Assembly (NCBI RefSeq): GCF_018350175.1
Contig: NC_058368.1
Location: forward strand, 229,464,001-229,528,000
Direction of reading: 5' to 3'
Origin: Felis catus
Lineage: Eukaryota
Length of the DNA stretch: 64,000 nucleotides
This document shows positions 54,051 to 64,000 of this stretch, piece by piece. Position 1 is the first letter of the stretch. Each line of letters begins with the position of its first letter. The translations under genes and the position numbers were made by a program. The notes below the pieces were generated by a model that was given only the letters and a program-made list of their open reading frames with translations, was not told the DNA's origin and did no database searches.

Positions 54051-54879
54051 TTCAAATACTAAAAGAAATACTGCTTCAATTCTTTCTAAAAGATTCCAGG
54101 AGGATGCCATGATACACCTAAAGTCGATCATCTGTTATTTCAATCCAAGATGTCAACTTGAAACTTTTAATTTGTCTTCACAAACTTGTTTTTTGTTCTT
54201 GAGTGTTTACAATATGCAAGAAGGTATATTAAGTGGCTGGAATACTTTTTTTAAAGTAAGGAAAAAGAAAACACAGATAATCTTACACCCAGAGTTTACA
54301 CTTTCTCACTTATTTGTCTGCCAGCTCATACAGAATAAAATCCTCTCTATCACCTCTTCCTCTCTGATGTCATCACTAGACAGAACCATGGAACTTTCTT
54401 CACTGTTCACTACCATTTATTTCTGAAATCCCCACTAAAAGAAAAATCAAAATTTCCTCCCAAATGAATTCCACCTGTTATTTAAGTAGGTGGTGAATAA
54501 TTTTTACTGCCACAACAGCACAAGTCCATTAAAGAAAGTATTTAATACACGCATTTACAGAAATTAGTATATTTGGTTCAGAGCTTGTTGGAAGCTTTGA
54601 AGATTGTGCAAAGTTTGCGAGACGTGTATTGTGGATGTATGTTGCATTGTTTGAACTTATAAGGTAAGTAAAGCAAGAATCATTCACTCTTCTTTCTTAT
54701 TCAAATTAAGCCACTGTCTTCAAATCTACCAATTTCTTACAGGTCTGTAGCAGGCCTTGTGAACATATGTTTCTTGAACACCTGCCATACTCCTGAAAAT
54801 ACCTTTGCATTGCAGGAGCTATTGGCCATCAATAGAATCATAGTGCTGCGATAGTCCCAAACATGCTGGTGATGGAATA

Positions 54880-55117
54880 TTTTTTTAATTTTTTTATTTT
54901 TTAATGTTTTATTCATTTTTTTGAGAGAGAGAGAGAATGAGAGAGACAGTGTGTGAGAGGGGGAGGGGCAGAAAGAGAAGGAGACACAGAATCCCAAGCA
55001 GGCTCTAGGGTCCTAGCTCTCAGCACAGAGCCCAACATGGGGCTCGAACTCACCAACCGCAAGATCATGACCTGAGCCGCAGACGGATGCTTAACCGACT
55101 AAGCCACCCAGGTGCTC
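54880..55117 (-). mobile_element. CanSINE
   Basis: gcttaaccgactaagccacccaggtgc. Confidence 0.95.
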
Positions 55118-55424
55118 ATATTTTTAATATGGTTGTAGGAGGTGGGGAGAATATTTTAGGAAAGCAAAGCTTGATGTTATCAAATATTTTGCAATTCTTC
55201 TGTTCTTCTTTATTACCATTGTATTGTGAATACTTGTTTATTTACACAATTGCAACTTTCTTAGATTGTGGGCTGCCCAGAACAATCAGTTTGTAAGCCC
55301 ACATCTAGGCAAGTTGCCTAGCACATAGTAGGTTCTTAATAAATATTTATGAATGAATATACAAAAAATATTTCCAAATTATTGTTTTAATCAGTTGGCC
55401 TTATAATTCACTGATTTCCCAAGG

Positions 55425-55630
55425 TTTTTAATGTTTATTTATTTTTGAGACAGAGAGACAGAGCACGAGTGGGGGAGGGGCAGAGAGAGAGGGAGCCACA
55501 GAATTTGAAGCAGTTTCCAGGTTCTGAGCTGTCAGCACAGAGCCCGATGTGGGGTTCAAACTCATGAAACGTGAGATTATGACCTGAGCCAAAGTCGGAC
55601 GCTCAAACAACTGAGCCACCCAGGCACCCC
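55425..55630 (-). mobile_element. CanSINE
   Basis: TSD ctgatttcccaag. Confidence 0.95.
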
Positions 55631-55703
55631 TGATTTCCCAAGATTTTTTTAATGCATCTGGAGCACTGGGTTGATGACTATGCCTAGTAATCATAACTTT
55701 CAC

Positions 55704-55993
55704 AAAGAAGAGAGGAGAAAAGAAGGAGAAAAGAGAAGGGGAGGGGAGAGGGGAGGGGAGGGGAGGAGGGGAGAGGAGGGGAGAGCGGAGGAGAGCAGAG
55801 CAGAGGAGAGGAGGGGAGGGGAAGGGAGGGGAGGGGAGGGGAGGGGAGAGGAGAGGGGAGGAGAGGAGAGGAGAGGAGAGGAGAGGAGAGGAGAGGAGAG
55901 GAGAGGAGAGGAGAGGAGAGGAGAGGAGAGGAGAGGAGAGAGGAGAGGAAAGAAATGAAGGCAAGGCAGAAGAAGAGAAAGAGAAGAGAAAAA
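55704..55993 (+). repeat. polypurine tract with (GGAGA)n and (GGGGA)n arrays
   Basis: ~290 bp almost exclusively A/G. Confidence 0.95.
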
Positions 55994-56188
55994 CTTGACT
56001 TCCCATTCTTTATTTAGTTAATTGATTAATTGGGGTGGTCCTCTAAGATGGTGCCTGGGGCTCTAATGACAGCTCATTCCTTCGCTTGGCAAAATCAATA
56101 GCCAGAACTAGGTTGTGGTGAATGAGTGGAGGGAAATTCATTTTTAAAGACAAGATGATTTGCTGCTGAACCTGATGTGAAATTCTAA

Positions 56189-56220
<32 letters not shown>

Positions 56221-56308
56221 TCCAAAATCTCTTAATGGAAACCTGAGTTAAGCCCAATATTCTGTGAACACAGTTTACATGAAATTCCTACTCTTTTTTA
56301 AAAAAATT

Positions 56309-56338
56309 TTTTAGTATATGTGCTGCCAAAGTGAGCAC
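56309..56338 (-). pseudogene. RNU6: U6 snRNA 5' fragment (tailless retropseudogene)
   Basis: minus strand GTGCTCACTTTGGCAGCACATATACTAAAA vs U6 nt 1-30 GTGCTCGCTTCGGCAGCACATATACTAAAA: 28/30, both changes CpG decay. Confidence 0.92.
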
Positions 56339-56340
56339 TC

Positions 56341-56561
56341 TTTTTTTTTTAATTTTTTAATGTTTATTTATTTTTGAGAGAGAGACAGACAGACAGACTG
56401 CAAGCAGGGGAGGGAGAGAGAGAGAGGGAGACACAGAATCTGAAGCAGGCTCCAGGCTCTGAGCTGTCAGCACAGAGCCCAACGCAGGGCTTGACCCCGG
56501 GAACCGTGAGATCATGACCTGAGCTGATGGGCACTCAACCAACTGAGCCACCCAGGCACCC
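56341..56561 (-). mobile_element. CanSINE
   Basis: TSD tgaaattcctactctttt (56280, 56562). Confidence 0.95.
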
Positions 56562-56689
56562 TGAAATTCCTACTCTTTTAACCTGAATCAAAAACACGAT
56601 GTGCCCGCTTGGAATACAGGTTGCCATTTGTTACTGAAGGATATCTGTAAGGGAAGGCACCACTAAGCAGAGGCAAGAAGCGGGTGGCT

Positions 56690-56890
56690 TGGAGACAGAT
56701 AAAATTGGACTACATCCTGACTTCGTCACTTAAAATGTACAGAAAATCTTAATGTTGCAGAGCTTCAGTTTACTCATTTTTAAATATACTGATGATTATA
56801 ATATCCATCTCAAGCGATTTCTATATTTAAAGACTGAAAACTGCTTTGCCAAGTGCCTGACCCACAACAGATGCTCAAATACATTAATTC
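56690..56890 (+). mobile_element. MIR
   Basis: ggctttggagacaga, gagcttcagtttactcattttaaa-like core, aagtgcctgacccacaacagatgctcaaata. Confidence 0.7.
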
Positions 56891-58560
56891 TCCTCCCCCA
56901 TTGAAATCAGGATAGAACCTGACTATCCACTTGCTATATATATATTTTTTAATTCCACAAAATTCTTGGGGACCACTGTGATAGGTATTATAGAAGATAT
57001 AGGGATGAAACTGATAATGACCGTGGCCTTCTAGAACCTTAACAATTTGAGATGAGAACCAATCACATCATATATAACTTCAAGAGAAGGTGAGCCATGG
57101 TAAGTGTAATGTTAAACTGCAGGAAGCTGATGGAGAGTGAGATTAATCTAAGCTGGCTGAATCTCCAAAGGTATCTCTGAGAATATGTAGGGCATACACA
57201 GCCTGAAGCTTTGCATCTTATATTAAGGTTTCCCTGCCCAGTGCAATCACTAGGGAAATTTCTCCATTTTTTTTTTATTGTTTCATGTGTAGTAGACTTA
57301 ACTCATTTACTGGACAGACACACACAAAAATCTTAAAGTTAGTGACTTCATCACAGTGGTGAGGCTAGTGTTCATTCACACCATGGTATAATAAGTGTGT
57401 CGAGGGGGAAAGGGAGACAAATTCGTTTGGAATAAAAAGACCAGAAATTCAAAGAGTTGGTATGATGGGTTAACAAGATAGTGTCTTTAGGACAGCATCC
57501 TAACTGTTAACTGTCAAACACAATAAAATGGAAATTATTTATATTATAAGTAGTAACTGTTGATTGGTTAAAACTTGTAATTATACTGCTTAGAAAAGGA
57601 TTTTCTTTTCTCTAAGTGAATCACTGAAACGTTTCCTTGAGGGCATCTGAATGAATTTTTAACTTCCTGTTTAAAATCAGTCAACCACACAAGTGATATA
57701 TCCAGACAATTCCTAGAGTTTATTGGACATATTAATATTTTCATATTAGTGTTAATAATACCTCAACTTTTGCTGTCGTAAAATGATGCAAAGCTTTGGT
57801 AGAATAAGAATGACAATCATATCTTAAATACTGTAGAAAAAAACCAAATTGAAAATTTTGAGAATGCAAGTTTTGATTGTCAAAGTAAACTGCGTTTCAG
57901 ATTTTAGGACGATAGTCTTGCAAATAAGCACAATTACTTTTTTTTTCCTATCGTTCCCTTATTTCTCTTAAGAAACACCACATCTGCCGTTCCTTCAGTT
58001 GGAAAATTTACAGTATCTCCATTAAAAATAATCTCATTTACTAATTGAGTTTTCTTTGATTTCACAGGTTTACTTTATTTAGACAAAGACAAACTCTACT
58101 TGAACAGCTGTACTTGAAACCTAGGCATATCACTACTAGACTATATTATCTGGGACATTTACACAATCATTCTGATTTCGATTGCTTTATCTTGAAAATG
58201 AAACTTAGTAATGGCATTTTTGTAGAAATTTCAAGTGTCAATGAGATTATATATTTTATACCATATTTTAAGTGTTCATTAAAAGGTATTATTTATATTT
58301 GGGATACCAAATTTTCAAGCTCCTTAAAAATTTGCATTCACATACAATTTTATATTAATATTGGCCAAGAAAAACTACTTACATCTGTATATTAATTTGC
58401 AAAATATGAAATATTTCTTTATTAAAACAAGACCTACCACAAAAGCCATATTTAAAAACAATAAAATTAGGTTTTAAAGTGTATTTTTGAAGCCCAACTT
58501 TGTGCTAAAACAAGCCTCTGCTAACTCATGGCTATTAATTTAAAAATAATTCATATTTTG

Positions 58561-58784
58561 GGGGGGGCACCTGGGTGGCTCAGTTGGTTAAGCATCCAAT
58601 TTCAGCTCAGGTCACGATCTCGCATTTCATGAATTCAAGCCCCACATCGGGCTCTGTGCTGACATCTTAGAGGCTGGAGCACGCTTCCCATTCTGTGTCT
58701 CCCTCTTTCTCTGTCCCACCCCACTCGTGGGCTCTGTCTCTCTCTCAATAATAAATAAACATTTAAAATTTTTTAATTAAAAAA
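58561..58784 (+). mobile_element. CanSINE
   Basis: TSD taaaaat(a/g)attcatattttg. Confidence 0.95.
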
Positions 58785-58803
58785 TAAAAATGATTCATAT
58801 TTT

Positions 58804-59020
58804 GGGGGTGCCTGGGTGGCTCAGTCGGTTAAGCATCCGACTCTTGATTTTGGCTCGGGTCAGGATCTCACAATTCCTGAGTTCGAGCCCCACATTGGGC
58901 TCTGCACTTACAGTGCAGAGCCTGCTTGAGATTCTCTCTCTCCTTCTCTCTCTGCCCCTCTCCACTTGTGTGTGCATGAGGATGCTCTCTCTCTCTCAAA
59001 ATAAACACATAAATTTAAAT
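58804..59020 (+). mobile_element. CanSINE
   Basis: full head with gactcttgattttggctc variant. Confidence 0.95.
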
Positions 59021-60072
59021 TTTTTTTCATTTATATTTTTGTACTATTTCAGACTGCTTTCACAGGTATGTTCAACCTTTAAAATCTCAGGGGAAATACC
59101 AAGTGTCTTCCTAAAAGAATGGCTACATAAGAAAGAAGTAAGAACCTCCATCAGGAATGCAACAACCCTGGCTGTCTTCTCAATTCTGTCCTCCACTCTG
59201 ACACAGTCAACTGGAAACTTCAGGGTGACAGCCACCAGCCCTCTTCCAGAAAGTTCCTTTCCTCTATAAACATGACTCGATTGAACTAGATGATCTCTAC
59301 GTTTTGTCAGAGCTCAAAAACTTATTTCTTTAATTAACCAAGAAGGAATGATAATAAGGAAATAAGCCTTTATATATATCAAATATAATTCAGTAGTAAC
59401 AATTCCCAAACATTCAAAATAAATTAATATAAAAACAATCATGATTTTTGGAGCCCAATATTACATAGATAATTTTTTAAAAATGAGAATCAGTAATATT
59501 CACTTGAAAATACTATCATTTTAATTAAAAATAAACCTTCCCTTATTTGGGTGGGGTGGGGGGGACTTTCCTACAGTATATGAAGTAAAAGATTGGAATT
59601 CACTTACTCTGTGCCTAGACAATGTTTCTACATCTTTCAAAGCTGTTTCACTTCTATAAATCCAATGGTTTCGCACATAAAATTCTAATATATATTCCAT
59701 CATTTAATAATTCATAGCATACTTCCTTATATTTATCTCTAACAGCATTCTTTAAATATTTTGATGACACAGAAACCACTGAGATTAGAAAGGTGAGGCT
59801 GAATTATGCACATTGTTCATAAAGAAAGAAAAATTAGAGAATGTAATAGTAGACAGTGAAAAAATGCTAACTCTTATAAGGATAGCTTTAAAATGTAAAT
59901 CTACAAAGCTGCATATGTGATTCCTTTCTTTCATGTCATTAAATACAGGATGTAGAAAATAACACTGTGCAGATGCTAGAGAAAAATCCTGTCACACAGT
60001 CTGCACCCCTGAAAAGTTTTTTTCACATATTATAAATTTTATTTTTTGCATATGAAAGTGCAATAAGCTTTG

Positions 60073-60293
60073 TTTTTTTTAATTTTTTTTTAATGTTTAT
60101 TTATTTTTGACAAAGAGAGAGGCAGAGCATGAGCGGGCAAGGGGCAGAGAGAGACGGAGACACAGAATCTGAAACAGGCTCCAGGCTCTGAGCTGTCAGC
60201 ACAGAGCCCGACGCGGGGCTCGAACTCTCTGACCGCGAGATCATGACCTGAGCCGAAGTCAGATGCTCAAACGACTGAGCCACCCAGGTGCCT
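60073..60293 (-). mobile_element. CanSINE
   Basis: gacacagaatctgaaacaggctccaggctctgagc. Confidence 0.95.
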
Positions 60294-60847
60294 CTCTATA
60301 AACTTTGTTAAACGAGTTTATTTCCTATGTTGTTTCTGCACCTATTTAAATTACACAAAAACAAAAGTTTAAATATTCTTTTAAAAACAAGAAAACAATG
60401 TCCACAAAAAAGAAAACCACATCTAAGACCCCAATAGTAGAATAGATACAAGTCATGAAGTAAACCCCCTATTACTTAATTTTCTATTAATCTGTAATTA
60501 TAAAATACTTTTTGTAACCAACAACATTGACCCCAAGTTATTGTGAGATCTTTAAGGATTTTAAAATCACATCAGACCAGTGGGTATTATTTGGGTTATT
60601 TTTTATGTCTGTGAATTGAGTATTGCATTTATCAAGGTCCTACTCTGTGCTCAGGGATTCTATCCACACAACATTGTCTACAGATCCCTACTCCAGATTC
60701 ACATTACTGCACCAGCCTCCCTCCCTCCTTGCCTGTGGATCCTTACTAGAATGCTCATAAGCACAGCGGTCTTCACAAAATCCCAAACTGATCATTCAGA
60801 TTCCCTGCTGACCACCCTTTATGGCTTCCTGCTATCAAGATAAAATA

Positions 60848-61088
60848 GGAGTGCCTGGGTGGCTTAGTCAGTTGGGCGTCCAACTGTTGGTTTTGGCTCA
60901 GGTCATGATTTCACAGTTTGTGAGGTCGAGCCCCACGTCCGGTTCTGCTCTGACAGCATGGAGCCTGCTTGGGATTCCCTCTCTCCCTCTCTCTGTGCCC
61001 TCCCCTGTTCATGCACTCTAGCTTGTGCACGCTCTCTCTCTCTCTCTCTCAAAAATAAATCAACTTCAAAAAAAAAGATAAAATAAAA
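60848..61088 (+). mobile_element. CanSINE
   Basis: TSD aagataaaata. Confidence 0.93.
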
Positions 61089-61259
61089 TGTTCTCAACAT
61101 TTCATGCAAACCCTTTTCCCGTGACTACTTAACCAACCTCATTTCTTCATATGCACACCCTAAACTCTGATGTTAACTACCTATTATTTCCTAAGCACAA
61201 ATTCATTCTCACCTTTTGGCCTCTGTACATATACTTTGTAGTAAGGAAGGATATGTGAT

Positions 61260-61900
61260 TTTCTCTACTATTAAGCTGTGGTTTTGGGGGGTTTTTGTTT
61301 GTTTATTTTTTGTTTTAATCACAAAGGCTGTTGGATTTTGCTTCCTGTCTTTTCTGCATCAGTGGGGATGATCCTGTATTTTCCTCCTTAGGCTCTATCA
61401 ATACGGTAGACTGCACTTTTAGGTTTCCTAATGTTGAAACCACATTTTTACCCTTGGAGTAGTTTCCATCTGGTCCTGATGTCTTCTATTTTGAATGAAC
61501 TGCTGAATCCTGTTTGCTAGTGTTTTAGACAAGACTTCTGAATTAACATTCAGTTAAGGTCAGCGTGTAGCTTTGCCGTTCAGTGCAATTTTTGTTGGGA
61601 TTAAGAATCCAAGTTATTCTAGTTTCATAAATGATATTTTGATATTTGCCTTCCTAAGTCTTTACTCTGGGCCAATTGATGTTGCGTTATAATTATTTTC
61701 TCTTTGCTAGATTTGCTCCATGAGCTTGTCCGGGCTGGGAACTTGTTTGGAGGGGGTTCATAGAACATTTTATGGGGGAGCTCTGTAACCACTTCCTCTC
61801 TAGTATGCATTAACTTCTTTATTTCTTCTATGAAACTAGTCTATTTTGTTCTTGGATTTGAATTTTAAATTTTCTTAACTGTTATTCTGTCTATTTGGTT
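61260..61900 (-). mobile_element. decayed L1 ORF2 fragment
   Basis: tgttggattttg..tttctgcatc, ctgctgaatcctgtttgctagtgtttt, tagtttcataaatga. Confidence 0.7.
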
Positions 61901-61984
61901 GTATTTTTTTTCATGACTCCTGAGAGATCATTTCGAAGCCACTGTTAGAAAGTTGAAGCTCTCTAATTTTCTCAAATAAGTCCT

Positions 61985-62165
61985 TTTATTATTTTTTAAT
62001 GTAATTTATTTATTCTAAGACAGAGAGAGAGAAAGCATGAGTGGGGGAGGGACAGAGAGAGAGAGAGAGAATCCCAAGGTGGGGGGGACTCAAACTCACA
62101 AACCATGAGGTCATGCCCTGAGCTGAAGTCAGACACTTAACCCACTGAGCGACCCTAGGTGCTCC
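61985..62165 (-). mobile_element. CanSINE (internally deleted)
   Basis: gagagaatcccaag...gagctgaagtcagacacttaaccc. Confidence 0.9.
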
Positions 62166-62419
62166 ACAAGTAAAGTACTTTTCAATTGATAGTTAGATAA
62201 AAAGGAAAGGTTTCACACAGTCTCACCACAAAGTAGAACATTAAACAATATCAACACCATTTCGAAGCAAATAACTACCATTCAACTTTTCTCCGGTTCC
62301 ATCCAGACCTATATAACTAATTCTTCTTCTGATCTGGAGTCAGCAGCTCACCTCCTGAAATCCTCTGCTGCAGCAATAACCCTGACTCAGTCCCCATATG
62401 TGGGGTGTCCGCTCCAGAA

Positions 62420-62439
62420 GCAGTGCCATCTGGCGCTGG
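62420..62439 (-). promoter_or_regulatory. candidate CTCF site
   Basis: minus strand ccagcgCCAGATGGCACTGC matches CTCF core CCAGRKGGCRCY. Confidence 0.4.
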
Positions 62440-62956
62440 CCCTACTTCGGGTATCAATTGTCCAGAGTGCTTGCTACAACCCTTTCTGCCAACATTCGGA
62501 GAAACTGGTCTTATTTATCGTGTCTCCCAGGAGGTTTAATATTTGCTCCGTAATTTGTAGCAGGAGCTTAAGGAATAACAGGAAAATAATGCTGACACCC
62601 TATTGAGAGACAATATAAGATCAGAATGGAGGAAGATAGAATTCCTTAGTGGGACATAAAATATATATCACATGGAGTCAGTTAACGCTTACTCTGAGGG
62701 TAAGACGACGTTACCACCAGTGAGGGTATTTGCATACCTTCCAGACTTTCGAACCTATCCTACGAAGCATATGTTAAGATTTTCAACAGGGACAAGTATA
62801 TTTTATTCCTAGAAACAAACTTTTCTTAAAAATAAGTTTGTAAACAAATACTGTGCTAGAGTTTTCACGTGACTTATTATCAGAATATTTTTATATATTA
62901 GCTGTAAACGTAATATACAGGATATATATATATATTTATATTAAAATTATGGTCTT

Positions 62957-63260
62957 GGGGCACCTGGGTGGCTCAGTCGGTTGAGCATCTCACTCTTGAT
63001 TTCGGCTCAGGTCATGATCTCTTGTCATGTGAGTTCAAGCCCCAAATCGGGCTCTGTGCTGACAGTGTGGAGCCTGCTTGGGATTCTCTCTCTCCCTCTA
63101 TCTCTCTCTGCCCCTTTCCCACTCGCTCCCATGCATGTGCTCTCTCTCTTTCTCTCTCTCAAAATAAACATTAAAAAAATAAATAATAAATAAATATTTA
63201 AAAATAAAATAAAATAAAATAAAATAAAATAAAATAAAATAAAATAAAATAAAATAAAAA
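62957..63260 (+). mobile_element. CanSINE with (AAAAT)n-expanded tail
   Basis: TSD aaaat(t/g)atggtcttg. Confidence 0.95.
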
Positions 63261-63291
63261 TAAAATGATGGTCTTGATAAAAATACTTCTC

Positions 63292-63480
63292 AGGTGCCTG
63301 GGTGGCTTAGTTGGTAAGCCCCGACTCTTGAACTGGCTCAGGTCGTGATCTCATGGTTCATGGGATCAAGCACCAAGTAGGGCTCCACGCTGACAGCCCA
63401 AAGCCTGCTTGGGATTCTTTCTCCCTCTCTCTCAGCCTCTCCTCACCCTCTCTCTCAAAAAAATAAATAAACATTTTAAA
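63292..63480 (+). mobile_element. CanSINE
   Basis: aggtgcctgggtggcttag; TSD aaa(a/t)tacttctca. Confidence 0.92.
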
Positions 63481-64000
63481 ATATTACTTCTCATTGCCTT
63501 ATTGAGCTCATTAAAAATATGGAAAATATCAATGTTTTCCAGATCTGCTGAATTCATTGTCCCTCCTTACTCATGCATACCTTACCTCACGGTTACAAAT
63601 TACTAGAGTGAGACTTTGGTGTTACCTCACAGCCGCTTTTAATTTGGGACCTGATTTTAGAAAGCCAAATCAAAAAGGACTATCAGAGAAAACTTATTTT
63701 TACATCAATAGATGAGTGTAAGTCAGAGGAACCTCAGGACAAGAAACCATTGCTGTCTTGTCCATACAATTAATGTGTTAGACAATATTCTTCAAATTAA
63801 ACAAACCCCCAATTATTATAGATTTGATTTTTCATGGAAGTCAGAACTTTTGTTCAAAACAATTCAAGAACATGATAAAATTAATATCAAAAGCACAATA
63901 AGTCAACAGTTTCTCAGGACATGAGAGTGTTCTGCTGAGAACCTCTGTTTTCTGGACAAATATCAGAACACTGATATTTGCTGTGTTTAAGAACAATTTT

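Noticed and set aside
55428..56006. 192-aa SSPLL-repeat ORF and the antisense ERRGE-repeat ORF
   Set aside because: Produced by the (GGAGA)n microsatellite plus a SINE.
59047..59146. Possible microexon (tttcag|actgctttcacag|gtatgt) or 72-nt in-frame exon VCSTFKISGEIPSVFLKEWLHKKE
   Set aside because: Its polypyrimidine tract abuts a SINE tail, the peptide is unrecognised, and there are no partner exons.

Overview
AT-rich mammalian non-coding DNA from a cat-family (Felidae) genome, judged by about 35 tRNA-derived CanSINE copies, three of them near-consensus young SINEC_Fc-type elements with perfect TSDs. The rest is mostly decayed L1, L2, MIR, MaLR/ERVL solo LTRs, DNA-transposon fossils and microsatellites. 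I recognise no protein-coding gene. The ORFs in the track are SINE/L1/simple-repeat artefacts or chance ORFs, so the window is intronic or intergenic. Best-supported oddities: a tailless U6 snRNA 5' fragment inside a SINE tail, a near-perfect 323-bp tandem duplication, SINE-in-SINE and same-site double insertions, a ~40-bp inverted repeat pair 1.5 kb apart, a near-perfect RFX X-box cluster, and a speculative spliced 46-aa micro-ORF. I find no convincing new biological system. Repeat subfamily names come from remembered consensus motifs, and boundaries of old repeats are approximate.
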